From Chitinivibrionales bacterium (GTDB lineage Bacteria; Fibrobacterota; Chitinivibrionia; Chitinivibrionales; WJKA01): DNA of 64,000 nucleotides. A program made the translations under genes and the position numbers. The stretch spans positions 1-64,000 of the forward strand of contig JBBRUX010000008.1 of NCBI GenBank assembly GCA_038247415.1. Reading direction: 5' to 3'. Under the pieces are notes generated by a model. It saw only the letters and a list, made by a program, of their open reading frames with translations, had not been told where the DNA came from and did not search any database. How positions within the stretch are numbered: the stretch's first letter is position 1; the number at the start of each line of letters is the position of its first letter. Shown piece by piece: positions 38,991 to 49,427 of the stretch.

Positions 38991-41021
38991 TTAATCGAGA
39001 AGCCCGTAATCGCGGCGCCAGGTGGAATGGGAGGTTGAATTACTAAAGAAATCCAGATCGGAAAAAAATTGAAATTCCACATCTCCCCCCCCCCCTCCTA
39101 ATACTGCCATAAACCAAGCTAAAGAGTATACCCCACCGTTAAACATATTTAATGTGGGAGCAATGCTGTCAAACCACACCGTATCTGGATATTCGCCCAT
39201 TTTCTTTACTTCTACATTACCTAGATCGCTAACCAGAGAGTCATTGATAAAAAGCCAGCAATATGATGAAGACATTTCGGGAACATAAAATGCATTCTCA
39301 CCAGCATGATACGTAAAGAAGGTATGGATTTCCATTGCCCATGCATTGTTGTCGCTTGAAGGAGTTTTCTCCGACCCAAAATGGCCTTTCCTTGTACATC
39401 TACTGGGTCCGGGAGAACACGCATGATCTACTTGGTAGTTCAAATGGGGTTTCTCGCCGTACCAGCCTCTATTCTTTAATGGATTGATGCTTAATGGTTC
39501 GAAGCCATATGCAGTTGCTTTCCCGCCTGGAAATGGCATATTGTTAACCATTACAGTTAGGGTTGTTAATTTTACACTATCGTAAACAATCATGTTTGCC
39601 ATGATATCATTTGAAAAATAAGGATTCGATTTCCATGCCTTGGGGCCTGCATCGTATGTTAACTCTGTACCATCCGTTTTTTTCCATCGCCATTTACTTT
39701 TGTTGGTAGAATCTTGCACCATGTGATAAGTTGTGTCTGGACCATTGTTGCCGCTCACCATGAACCATTCATTGAGCCGATTTATGCACCCTAACTTTTC
39801 ATAACTAATTCTGTCGCAAGAACGCTCGGGGTCATTTGTTCCATCAGTCCATCCCTTCGGTCCGGTCCAATTTGCCTCCCACCGTGGGACTCTGCAATCA
39901 GATGAAACCGATTGATCTCTTTGAAGCAATGGTTTGCCGTTTGTGCCTAATTTTTTTTGCGTAACTCCCATTTTTACGGCTTCAATGTTGCAATTTTGGA
40001 AATTAGGATTCGTTCCGTCACAATGATAATCATATATAATATAATGTAAATATCCCTCGGAAGGTCGTACCGGTGACGTTACATTAAGTGCAAAATGCTG
40101 CTTAAGTGGCATCGAATAGGTTAATTTTCCATCTGAATCATATTTTCTCGCATTTACAAGAAGATCATACCCTCCATCGCGCGATTGATCTATCGAATAT
40201 GAAACAGTATCCCCCGGCCCTACCGCATATTTCCCTTTACCGGCACCACATTCCAAACTGTCAAAATCGGCTGTAATCGCGCTACCATTGCCTGAGCTCA
40301 TTGCAATTCCTGCAAAAACAGTATTCTGCATTGCAATGGTTTGACCATATATCGGAGATCCCCAATCTTTTCCATCTGCAGAAATATACGCAGAAAAGGT
40401 ATTTCCAAGCCTACGTAGCCGCAGCCAGCACGGGGCTATTGCATTTTTGGAACCAAAGATTTTTGCATTGTCCGAAGCAACTTTACGCGATTGATACTGT
40501 ACTTTGCTATCAGTAAGGCCTACAAATGCATATTGAGCATCTGCTGCTTTCCCATTGCGAATCATGAGCCCGATGCGCTGGTTGGTTTGGGGATTAGAAA
40601 TCTGTTTGACTTTGACTTTGAGATCGCATGGCCCGGTTATTTGAGTAAACGCTAAAAGGAAATTGTCGCTTGATTTATTCTCTAAGCTATTTCCTTTTGC
40701 GGCTATTTGATCGGAATATTGACCTGTATGAGAATTTGTGTATGAGAAAGTAGGGCTCCCAATTGCTACCGCTGAGTCCAGTCCCTGCATGAGAAGATAT
40801 TTCGAAAAATTCCCATCTATCAGATCTTGCACGGTCATGGATACAACGCCATCTGCCGAGTAGAATGTTTTGGCGCGTGTTACGATATTCTTTTGGGCTG
40901 TTAAATTGCGTGATGTTGTGACAAGACCTGCAACAAGCAGTCCTCCTACAAGGAGGGATCCGATCATAGCCGAAAGGAGAACATAACCGTCTTTTTGAGC
41001 AAACACGTTTTTAATTTTCAT
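38991..41021 (-). CDS. PilX/GspK-like minor pilin fused to a lectin-like beta-sandwich and a fibro-slime (PA14-like) domain
   Basis: N-terminus G|YVLLSAM (no Glu5); WLRLRRLGNTFSAYISADGKDW; NNAWAMEIHTFFTY..WLFINDSLVSDLG. Confidence 0.7.
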   Translation of the reverse strand: MKIKNVFAQKDGYVLLSAMIGSLLVGGLLVAGLVTTSRNLTAQKNIVTRAKTFYSADGVVSMTVQDLIDGNFSKYLLMQGLDSAVAIGSPTFSYTNSHTGQYSDQIAAKGNSLENKSSDNFLLAFTQITGPCDLKVKVKQISNPQTNQRIGLMIRNGKAADAQYAFVGLTDSKVQYQSRKVASDNAKIFGSKNAIAPCWLRLRRLGNTFSAYISADGKDWGSPIYGQTIAMQNTVFAGIAMSSGNGSAITADFDSLECGAGKGKYAVGPGDTVSYSIDQSRDGGYDLLVNARKYDSDGKLTYSMPLKQHFALNVTSPVRPSEGYLHYIIYDYHCDGTNPNFQNCNIEAVKMGVTQKKLGTNGKPLLQRDQSVSSDCRVPRWEANWTGPKGWTDGTNDPERSCDRISYEKLGCINRLNEWFMVSGNNGPDTTYHMVQDSTNKSKWRWKKTDGTELTYDAGPKAWKSNPYFSNDIMANMIVYDSVKLTTLTVMVNNMPFPGGKATAYGFEPLSINPLKNRGWYGEKPHLNYQVDHACSPGPSRCTRKGHFGSEKTPSSDNNAWAMEIHTFFTYHAGENAFYVPEMSSSYCWLFINDSLVSDLGNVEVKKMGEYPDTVWFDSIAPTLNMFNGGVYSLAWFMAVLGGGGGDVEFQFFSDLDFFSNSTSHSTWRRDYGLLD

Positions 41022-41054
41022 AGGGTGCCTCTTTTCTTTATAGACACAGTTTCA

Positions 41055-41822
41055 TTATCTGTTACGAAGTAAGATTTTTTTTGAGCTTGTTAACCTACGG
41101 AATCCATCACCGGGTACGCCTTTTTCTTTGATAGCTGCAATGACGGTAACCGAAAGGCTGCATGATTGCATGACTGCCCAATTAGTAGTGGAAGCATTCG
41201 CAGCATCTCTAAAATCAACATAGAATGCGTCAACATTATTCGCGTAAATTAAGTCGGTGCTATTGAGTTTTTTGTGAATTGTTTTGGTCCCCGCATCAAA
41301 TGAGTAGGTAACGGTATCGTCTAGATATAAAACAGTCCCCGCAGGGAATTTTGTTTTTGCAGATAGTTTCAGTGAATCCTTTGCGGTGTCCAGGGCCAGC
41401 GGAACTAAGTAGCTAATAGATGAATCCGCCCACCGAATAGTTATTGTAGGCAATGGGGATGCAAGAAATGCATCTGCCCTGTCAACCCCAATTTGTTTGG
41501 TTGTCGAGGTTGAGCAGGCAGAGGCAAACATTTGGTATCCGCCCGTTATATTGGCAACAAGGCGAATGTTGGAGGTAGAAATAGGAGTAATAGAGATAAT
41601 GTTAGAAGGTAGATCTGCGCCAGCTTGCATAAGATCATCGCCTATACGATCGATAAGTGCATTGGCCTGGGCATTCATACCAATAGTGTTTTCTGTTTTA
41701 GAAAAAGACCGAGCAGATGAAATCATAAGTGTTGCAATGCCAGAAAACACAATAAAAGCACTTACTATTGCGACAAGTAGTTCTACGAGTGTTAGTCCAT
41801 TGTTTTGGCGTGCGCAAAGCAT
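41055..41822 (-). CDS. Prepilin-type minor pilin (PilW-like)
   Basis: G|LTLVELLVAI N-methylation motif; DLMQAG. Confidence 0.85.
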   Translation of the reverse strand: MLCARQNNGLTLVELLVAIVSAFIVFSGIATLMISSARSFSKTENTIGMNAQANALIDRIGDDLMQAGADLPSNIISITPISTSNIRLVANITGGYQMFASACSTSTTKQIGVDRADAFLASPLPTITIRWADSSISYLVPLALDTAKDSLKLSAKTKFPAGTVLYLDDTVTYSFDAGTKTIHKKLNSTDLIYANNVDAFYVDFRDAANASTTNWAVMQSCSLSVTVIAAIKEKGVPGDGFRRLTSSKKILLRNR

Positions 41823-41836
41823 GGTGGTTCCTTGTA

Positions 41837-42238
41837 TTAGAAATCTTTAGTAATGAATGTTTGAATACGAATAGTATCTTTTGATTGAGGCCATGTTGCT
41901 GCAACGATATAGGTTCGAACATTTGTTAATAGAACGCCTTTAATATCATATGCCGATTTAACTGTGTCGTTTAATGTAATTCCCGAGATTGTTTGAGAGG
42001 TGGTTGTATTTGCATCGGGAAGAACTTTCGTGGCCCTGATCCCGATTCGCTTATCTTCTATCTGCTGCTCAATAAGCCGTATGGCCTGGGATGTTTTATT
42101 CCCTTTGCTCAAGATTCCAATGCGCTGTTTATCGGCCCAGAGAACCATGGTAACAATTATGCCTACAATTGCCATGGAAATTAGCACTTCCATAAGTGTA
42201 AAGCCCTGGGTGTTTTTGGTAATCTGTTTTTTTCTCAT
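41837..42238 (-). CDS. Prepilin-type minor pilin (PilV-like)
   Basis: G|FTLMEVLISM. Confidence 0.85.
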   Translation of the reverse strand: MRKKQITKNTQGFTLMEVLISMAIVGIIVTMVLWADKQRIGILSKGNKTSQAIRLIEQQIEDKRIGIRATKVLPDANTTTSQTISGITLNDTVKSAYDIKGVLLTNVRTYIVAATWPQSKDTIRIQTFITKDF

Positions 42239-42774
42239 GGTGCTACCGTGACCTCTCCGGATTCTTTACTGATAGTGATTGTTTTAAGCGTTGTACCACT
42301 TGGAAGTTTTATTTGAAATGATCCGCCAAGTTTTGCAGATCCATCGCCTCTAAAGATTATGCAATTATTTGTAATGCCAGAAATAGTTCCAAAAAGCAGC
42401 GTTGGTGGCAACGCAATAAAAGCCTGATAAATTCTATCGGTGTTAGCAGTATAATTATTATCGGCGTTGTCGTCGTAAAAGAGGATAATCCCTTTTTTTG
42501 TGGTTTCGAGAAAAACTCCACAATGTATTGCTGGATTTGCCATGGCTCGTGTTCGTGCAACATACAGGGAACTTCGCACGATAGAAACTGCAGCTTTAAG
42601 ACGCGAATTATTAAGCATCCCTGCCACCGAAACTTGGCCAACAACAGCCATTATGCCCACGATTGCAATAACAATCATAAGCTCCATGAGAGTTACACCG
42701 GCAATGCTGCGAAACTTAGAAATTGGGGAGTATGAGTTCATGGTGAAAAGCCTGCGAAAATTATTTTTGTACAC
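42235..42774 (-). CDS. Prepilin-type minor pilin (FimT/GspH-like)
   Basis: G|VTLMELMIVI; ARTRAM; IIFRGDG. Confidence 0.85.
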   Translation of the reverse strand: MYKNNFRRLFTMNSYSPISKFRSIAGVTLMELMIVIAIVGIMAVVGQVSVAGMLNNSRLKAAVSIVRSSLYVARTRAMANPAIHCGVFLETTKKGIILFYDDNADNNYTANTDRIYQAFIALPPTLLFGTISGITNNCIIFRGDGSAKLGGSFQIKLPSGTTLKTITISKESGEVTVAP

Positions 42775-42942
42775 GGTATACTTTCCTTATACTATATAAT
42801 TATACCGCTTTGCGTAGATTATTACAATCAATTAGAAAAAATTAATTTGCGCGAAAAGGGCTGCTGCAGCGTGCGCAAGGTATTTTTCGAAAAGAACTAC
42901 GGCGGTTATTTTTTTAATTTTTTTTGCAGGATCTAGTTTGCT

Positions 42943-43710
42943 ATGGCGATTAAGGAAAGCATACATCCGTTTGAAGCTCTCACGTCGTTACAGGGAGTTG
43001 CGGATATTGTTTATTTCAAGGAGATCGATTCGACAAATACCTATGCGAAAAAATCGAAAATAACGCCTGTGACCGGTGTTGTTGTGATTGTTGCAAAAAG
43101 TCAATCTGCAGGACGCGGCCAGCGCTCTAACACGTTTTATTCTTCAGCTGTTGGGGGGCTTTGGGTTAGTTTTGTTATACGGCTTGATAGCATCGAGAAT
43201 CACTTTGTTGTCAATCGGGCGTTGTCACTGTCTATTGCCTCGGTTTTGAAAAGCCATATGCCATTAGCGCAGGTTTCTATAAAATGGCCCAACGATATTT
43301 ATTGCGGATCAAAAAAAATATGCGGCATATTGTTAGAATCGGTATCGATTGATCCCCCTGTGATTGTTGCAGGGTTTGGGTGCAATGTCAATAATGGAGG
43401 ATCATCGTTTCCCAAAGATTTACAGACTATTGTAACATCGATGGTTGACGAAACTAGTGTTGAATTTGATGTGCCGACGCTTTTATCGGAAATCCTGCAA
43501 GATTTTATCAGGATACGTGATGATGACCAAGTTCAAGTGCATAGCCGCTATAAGAGCCTGCTTTACGGAATGTCTCGTGAGATTGAGATTAATGACTTAC
43601 AAGGCGTATTTGATGGGGTAGAGGCTGATGGCCGGTTGAGGTTGATGCAAGGTGAAAACGTGCACTTGATTTCATCGGGATCGATGCGGTTTACGGGATC
43701 TGCTGCTTAA
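42943..43710 (+). CDS. birA: Biotin--[acetyl-CoA carboxylase] ligase
   Basis: DSTN, QSAGRGQ, IKWPND, KKICGIL. Confidence 0.93.
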   Translation: MAIKESIHPFEALTSLQGVADIVYFKEIDSTNTYAKKSKITPVTGVVVIVAKSQSAGRGQRSNTFYSSAVGGLWVSFVIRLDSIENHFVVNRALSLSIASVLKSHMPLAQVSIKWPNDIYCGSKKICGILLESVSIDPPVIVAGFGCNVNNGGSSFPKDLQTIVTSMVDETSVEFDVPTLLSEILQDFIRIRDDDQVQVHSRYKSLLYGMSREIEINDLQGVFDGVEADGRLRLMQGENVHLISSGSMRFTGSAA

Positions 43711-43735
43711 AAGTTGTCAAATAGAGATATGTGCT

Positions 43736-44488
43736 ATGAAACAAAATGTATTAGCGATTAATAGTGGCAATACTCATACCGATATTGGCATTGTCGATTG
43801 CGATCAGCGTATAGCACGTGTACAGCAAAAAATTGCAACCTGCGATCTTGCTCTACTGCTTGACAAGTATCTCGATCAGTTAGCGTTGAAGGGCCCTCTT
43901 CCCGTGCACGCTTCTCTTGCTTCGGTGGTACCGGAAAATAATGAGTTTGTGTGCAGGGTTCTTGATAGTAGGGGAATAAAGATAACTCTTGTGCAGGGAG
44001 ATTTATCTCTGCCTTTTTCTAATTCTTATGACAATCCGAAAGCTTTGGGCCCCGATAGAATTGCAGATTTGCTGTATGTATATGCAGTATGCGCAAAAAA
44101 AACTTCTCTTGTGATTGATGCAGGAACTGCAATTACCATTGACCTGCTCAAAGATGGCACCGTTTTTTTGGGTGGTATTATTATGCCAGGATTATCGCTT
44201 CAAAGCAAAGCGCTGCATTCGTATACCGCAAAGCTCCCGCTTATAGATCACACCGGCTTTAAGGGAGATTTTCCCGGACTTTCTACGCAAGCCTGCATTG
44301 GAGCTGGTGTGGTTTATGGAGTTGCTGGAGCGCTTGGGCATATCGTTTCAAAAATGACAGAAGGTAAACCAGTTCAGATTTTTGCAACGGGGGGTGCTTG
44401 GCCGTTTATTTCTGGGTATACCACGCTTGACGCAGTATATATTCCAGATATGACGCTTATTGGTACTGCGTTAGCCCATAGAGACTGA
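43736..44488 (+). CDS. coaX: Type III pantothenate kinase
   Basis: GNT, SVVP, LGPDR, IDAGTAIT, GGIIMPG, ATGG. Confidence 0.92.
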   Translation: MKQNVLAINSGNTHTDIGIVDCDQRIARVQQKIATCDLALLLDKYLDQLALKGPLPVHASLASVVPENNEFVCRVLDSRGIKITLVQGDLSLPFSNSYDNPKALGPDRIADLLYVYAVCAKKTSLVIDAGTAITIDLLKDGTVFLGGIIMPGLSLQSKALHSYTAKLPLIDHTGFKGDFPGLSTQACIGAGVVYGVAGALGHIVSKMTEGKPVQIFATGGAWPFISGYTTLDAVYIPDMTLIGTALAHRD

Positions 44489-44566
44489 TGAAGACGTTAG
44501 GTCGATTACGCTTGTGCACACGGTGGTGCGAATAGTAATCCCCGCTTCTGCAAAATCCCTGAGATT

Positions 44567-45493
44567 TTATTTTTTACTATCTTTCTCGTATCCTGCTTCT
44601 CGTAAAAACCCGCCATTGTTACGCCAATCTGGTGTAATCTTAATATGCGTTTTAATGGTCACAGGAACTCCGGCAAGGCGTTTCATTTCTCCTTGTGCGC
44701 GTCTGCGCACTTTCTCAATTATTTCTCCACCTTTGCCAACAATAATACCGCGCTGCCCAACAGTTTCCACATGGATATATGCTTCTATTTCATGATGATC
44801 GGGGAATTCCTGGTACCCAAAAATTTCAACAAAAACAGAATGGGGAACTTCTTCGCGCGTGTTAAGAATAATATGTTTACGAATTGCTTCGGAAGCGAAA
44901 TGGCGCATGCTGGCATCGGTTAGTTCTTCTGCATCGTAGTGGGCAGGGCCAATTGGTAAAAGCGGCCATAGCGCAGAAAGAAATCCATCTTTGAAGGTTT
45001 TGTCGATTGCCGAAATAATAAGAGAAGGTTTGTCTTTGAGGCATGGGAATCGGGTAAAAAATTCTTGTTGAACCTTTTGTGTGTTTTCTACTTTGTCGCA
45101 TTTGTTAAAAACAAGAAGAAACGGGAGGTTGCTCGATTGCACAAGATTTGCGGCACGATCCTCTTCTGCGCCAAAAGGACGCGTGAGATCTATCAGGTAG
45201 CAAATGCAGTCGGCATTTTGATTTTTAAATGACGATGCAGCTTCAGTTATCATGCGTTCATTGAGTTCGTGGCTACCCTCATGGATGCCGGGAGTATCGA
45301 TAAATATGATTTGCTGCTTTGCATCGGTATAAATGCCTTTAAGGTTTTTCCTGGTTGTTTGCGGCAGGGGAGTTGCCAAGGCCAGTTCTTCTCCGATAAG
45401 CAAATTTAAAAGTGTAGATTTTCCTGCGTTGGGTCGCCCTATAAGGGCAATAAATCCGCAGCGAAATTCGGGATTAAGAGGAGGTGTATTCAT
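44567..45493 (-). CDS. era: GTPase Era
   Basis: GRPNAGKST, PQTTR, DTPG, NKCD, EEVPH, KH domain. Confidence 0.95.
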   Translation of the reverse strand: MNTPPLNPEFRCGFIALIGRPNAGKSTLLNLLIGEELALATPLPQTTRKNLKGIYTDAKQQIIFIDTPGIHEGSHELNERMITEAASSFKNQNADCICYLIDLTRPFGAEEDRAANLVQSSNLPFLLVFNKCDKVENTQKVQQEFFTRFPCLKDKPSLIISAIDKTFKDGFLSALWPLLPIGPAHYDAEELTDASMRHFASEAIRKHIILNTREEVPHSVFVEIFGYQEFPDHHEIEAYIHVETVGQRGIIVGKGGEIIEKVRRRAQGEMKRLAGVPVTIKTHIKITPDWRNNGGFLREAGYEKDSKK

Positions 45494-45496
45494 GGG

Positions 45497-46921
45497 TTAT
45501 CCGTTCGGTTTTGGTTTTTGATTTTGTAAAGAAGTTGCTTGAAGTGCTAATGCCTCGTTGGCACATTGAATGGTACGAATTCTACGATTAATAAGTTCTG
45601 CAGCAAGATAGCTAGAATGAACGGTCCAGTAAGCGCCATGCACCGTTACGATGCCTACTGCAATGCGTTGCTTCGGATCGGTGGGGTGGGCTGCATAACC
45701 GATAAACCAATCTATTTTTCCCAGTTTTTCTTCATCTACAGATCCTGTTTTTCCGCCGTATTCAAAATCGTTGAAACGAAATGAATTTTTAACCAGGCGA
45801 AACGCTTTGTGAGCCGTTCCTGTTTGTACTACTTCGCTCATAAGTTTGCCAAGTTTTTTTGCTGTTTGAGGCTTAATGGGTGTAAGCCAGGTAGATTGTG
45901 TGCTTGTGTAAATGGATGCGCCGGTTGCAATATCGGTAATACTATCAACGAGAAAAGGTACCGGTATTTTTCCATTTTCTGCAATAGCCGAAGCAATAAG
46001 CGATCCCATAAGGGGAGAAATGGTCGTTTCACGATTAAATCCACAGGCAAGTTCGCCAATTGCATACGATGAGTCACATGCTTTTATGCGCGATGTGTCA
46101 ACGGGAAGTTCGAAGGGAATTGCCGTGGAAAATCCAAACTTGTGGGCATATTCAGAGAGGCCAGAGTATCCAACCATATACATACCGATACGTGCAAAAA
46201 TAGGGTTCATCGATTGTGCAAATGCTTTGCTAAAAGGAACTTCGTCGCCACCATTAATAATGGGCTGCAATTGGAATCGGTAAAGGGTATAGCGGTTGCC
46301 AACTAGTTTAAGCGTGCTCTCTGGATTAAGCAGGCCCCGTTCCAGAACTGCTGCTGCGGTAATTGTTTTAAAGACAGATGCAGCGGGGAAGAGGGCTCTG
46401 CAATAAAGATTCGAGCCTAAGGGGGGCTCTTCTGGGTTTGTATACGAAACAAGAGAAAGAATACGGCCCGTAGAAGGCTCGATGGCCACGATTGCCCCGT
46501 ATTTTGGGTGGTACTGTTTTAAGAGGTCTTTGCCAAGCTTTTGTAGCGATGTATCGATGGTGTAATGAAGCAGGACACGATGGTTTTGCTGCATTACCGT
46601 GTCTACGGTTTTTGCGAAATCGGGCGGCACTTTAGAAAGAAAAGAGGCGATATCCTCGCGGGTGAGGGTACGTGAAAACATGCGTGACGGGAGGGACGCC
46701 GCATTTGATTGACGTTGTGCTATTTCTTCTGAATGCTTATTGTTTACGGAGCTTTTGGCAAAAAAGACGGCAGAATAGAGTTTAGCGCCTACAAAACGGA
46801 AGAAAAAAAAGAGAATAATGATAAAAAAAACAACCCGGATTCTCCCTTTTTTGGGTATCCGGATTGTGTGGCCACCTAGCCTGACCGTTGAATATCCTGG
46901 TGCGGTTTTTTTAGCATGCAT
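45497..46921 (-). CDS. Penicillin-binding transpeptidase-domain protein
   Basis: SVFK (SxxK), SMN (SxN), KTG; N-terminal TM. Confidence 0.88.
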   Translation of the reverse strand: MHAKKTAPGYSTVRLGGHTIRIPKKGRIRVVFFIIILFFFFRFVGAKLYSAVFFAKSSVNNKHSEEIAQRQSNAASLPSRMFSRTLTREDIASFLSKVPPDFAKTVDTVMQQNHRVLLHYTIDTSLQKLGKDLLKQYHPKYGAIVAIEPSTGRILSLVSYTNPEEPPLGSNLYCRALFPAASVFKTITAAAVLERGLLNPESTLKLVGNRYTLYRFQLQPIINGGDEVPFSKAFAQSMNPIFARIGMYMVGYSGLSEYAHKFGFSTAIPFELPVDTSRIKACDSSYAIGELACGFNRETTISPLMGSLIASAIAENGKIPVPFLVDSITDIATGASIYTSTQSTWLTPIKPQTAKKLGKLMSEVVQTGTAHKAFRLVKNSFRFNDFEYGGKTGSVDEEKLGKIDWFIGYAAHPTDPKQRIAVGIVTVHGAYWTVHSSYLAAELINRRIRTIQCANEALALQATSLQNQKPKPNG

Positions 46922-46950
46922 TGGTTAGGCGAAAGGATCCTTTACCTATC

Positions 46951-49272
46951 TTAAAAGGTTATTGCAGTACATATTGATACGTTATTGTTAGCTATTAATG
47001 TGCTATTACTATTATAGCGGTAACCAAATCGTGAATCCCAAATAAGCGTAGCACCTGGTGTCATTTCTACTCCAAGCCGGTAACCATAATACATCGTGGG
47101 CGTAGGATCTAACAATTTATCTGTTGCCCCTGTAAGTGGATCGATTGATCGCCAAATATTTGTTTTAGAAAAATAGCCTTCAAGTGTTTTAACTTTTGGA
47201 ATTTTACTCAAGATTATTTGGCCTATTCCAAGTTTTGCTTCTGCACGATGATCGAGCTTGTTGTTATCGCCAACTAAATATTGATAACTCCCATCGAGTG
47301 TGAGCACACTGGCGATATTGGCTGTGAGCGACCCATAAATACCATTGAGATTAACACTATCGAGCGTTGATTGCTTAGACAGAGGTGTAGGGTATCGTTG
47401 AACGCGTTCGTCGAAATAATAGGTGCCAAAATAGCCGGGCATAAATCGCCCAACGATATGCCGGTATTCGACCGATGCAGTAACAGGGCCAACGCGCAGT
47501 GCTACGCCGGGAGCACCAAATCCCCAACCGCTCGATATATCTTTGGTGCGGGGTTCGTTGTCATACGACATTCCGGCTTGTCCATAAATGTCAAGCCCAA
47601 TCTTTTCTGCTTTAATAATTGGAATGCCTGCATCTATACCGATAATCGCAAATGCATCAACTGTGTCGCGGTAGGTTGTATCTATGGTGGAATACCGTGT
47701 CCCCAGGGAGTCGAAGATGGCATTTTCGGCGGAAATCGTTGGGGAACTTAATTTTATGATTGTTGCAGAATCTGTTGATCGAAGGGCAAAATCCCAGTCG
47801 ATAGGGCCATTCCCGTTTTTATCGCGTAAATTTCCATTGTAGCGCCATTTTTTTGCTGGTGTAAATTGATTAATATCTGTTGCATAAGTTGCCCCAATGC
47901 ATAATTTATTAAGGAGTGGGGCGCTGGTTGCTTTAAGCGGGGTGAGTGCAAAACGAGCGGCAACAATTCCACCTTTGTCTTTAAACTCGCTAATGTCTGC
48001 TATCATGGTTTGCAACGTTAACCCCAGAGGTGTTAGGTCGTTTAAATACACCTGCAGACCGGGAAGTTTCTGATCGGGATAGTGGAGCATATTGGTAAAG
48101 CGATCAACAACAAATCCATATCCGAGAGATACATTAGATAACCCGCCAAATTTTACAAACAGAGGATCCTGTTCATGGCCAAATCGGATATAGCGGATTT
48201 TGCGAAAAACACCTTCCTGCCAGTTGTCTTTGTCAAAGCGCCATCCTTTGTCCGAGAACTTCCCGTCGGGGGTTATGAAAAGTTCTGCATCAACAAAAAC
48301 ACCAAATTTCCAAAGAGGAATGTCAACGCCAAAGGCAATACGTGTCCACTGTTTATCGGCTACTGTTACGCTGCTCACACCAAATTCGTAGCTGGGCTTT
48401 TCTCCTTTAGGCTTTTGTGCATCCTTGTGAGCTTTTTGTGCTGAGGTATCCTTGGCTGCCGAAGCGGGTTGATTGGGTTGTGCAGGTGATGCTGGCACCG
48501 GCGCGATCTGGTTTGGTTGCTCTGGTGTCAATGGCGCTGCAAACGAATCTTTTGGAGCTGCCGATGCTGCTGGGATTGTGTCGGTTACGGCACCAACGGG
48601 AGTTTGTAAAGGTGAAACGTACGCAGGTGTTGAAGATACAGGTACCCCAGGAGAAGCAAGGGCTGGTGCCACGGTTTCGGGCTTGGGTGCGTTTGCCCAC
48701 TCTGAAAGGGATGCGATAGCTTTTTCCGAAAGCGGCCCTTGCTTGACAGTTGCTGACATGGGATCGAATGATGCAAAGGTACCCGATGCCACGGTAAAAA
48801 ATTCTCCGCGAGGAGATTCAAGCCGCATCGAACCTTCTATGACTGCAACGCTAACCTCGTTAGATTTTGAGTAACGAATAGCAGCAGTGGTGCCCATGGG
48901 GCTAAAGGCGCAGCCTCCTGCAATAATAATCGTTTCGATAGAATCGTGAGGCTGGATTCGTTTAAGAAGTATTTGACCAGATATAAGTGAAATGGTTGCG
49001 GCTTTGGTGGCCGATTGAAGAATAACGACCTGCGTAGAGGCTTTAAGCAGTAGTGTTGTTGAAATTCCGATGCGAACAGTGCCGTTACCGGTGCTGTCTG
49101 TTGAGAGCGTGTCACCGGCAATAATGCTTGCAGAATCTTTGATGGATTGCCAGCCTTGCGTATCGCTAAAGTATTTACACCCGCTCCCAGAAAGCATGAT
49201 TGGTGCAGTTTGTGAAACAACAACACTAACAAGTGATATTCCAATAAGGATTGCACGCATAACCAGGACCAT
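46951..49272 (-). CDS. Exported protein: FecR-like N-terminal domain, Pro/Ala linker and probable outer-membrane beta-barrel
   Basis: Signal peptide; GDTLST..GTTAAI..VAVIEGSM; amphipathic beta-strands; C-terminal Phe. Confidence 0.6.
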   Translation of the reverse strand: MVLVMRAILIGISLVSVVVSQTAPIMLSGSGCKYFSDTQGWQSIKDSASIIAGDTLSTDSTGNGTVRIGISTTLLLKASTQVVILQSATKAATISLISGQILLKRIQPHDSIETIIIAGGCAFSPMGTTAAIRYSKSNEVSVAVIEGSMRLESPRGEFFTVASGTFASFDPMSATVKQGPLSEKAIASLSEWANAPKPETVAPALASPGVPVSSTPAYVSPLQTPVGAVTDTIPAASAAPKDSFAAPLTPEQPNQIAPVPASPAQPNQPASAAKDTSAQKAHKDAQKPKGEKPSYEFGVSSVTVADKQWTRIAFGVDIPLWKFGVFVDAELFITPDGKFSDKGWRFDKDNWQEGVFRKIRYIRFGHEQDPLFVKFGGLSNVSLGYGFVVDRFTNMLHYPDQKLPGLQVYLNDLTPLGLTLQTMIADISEFKDKGGIVAARFALTPLKATSAPLLNKLCIGATYATDINQFTPAKKWRYNGNLRDKNGNGPIDWDFALRSTDSATIIKLSSPTISAENAIFDSLGTRYSTIDTTYRDTVDAFAIIGIDAGIPIIKAEKIGLDIYGQAGMSYDNEPRTKDISSGWGFGAPGVALRVGPVTASVEYRHIVGRFMPGYFGTYYFDERVQRYPTPLSKQSTLDSVNLNGIYGSLTANIASVLTLDGSYQYLVGDNNKLDHRAEAKLGIGQIILSKIPKVKTLEGYFSKTNIWRSIDPLTGATDKLLDPTPTMYYGYRLGVEMTPGATLIWDSRFGYRYNSNSTLIANNNVSICTAITF

Positions 49273-49427
49273 AGATTCTCCTTTGAATCAGGGATGTCAA
49301 TGTATGTAATTGATTGAAATCAGGATACTCGGCGTGCATTTCGGTTTGAAATGCATACTATAAATGGTACGATTAAAAATCGTATCTACCAATCAAAAAA
49401 TCATTACTTTTTTTCATCGTGTGTATG

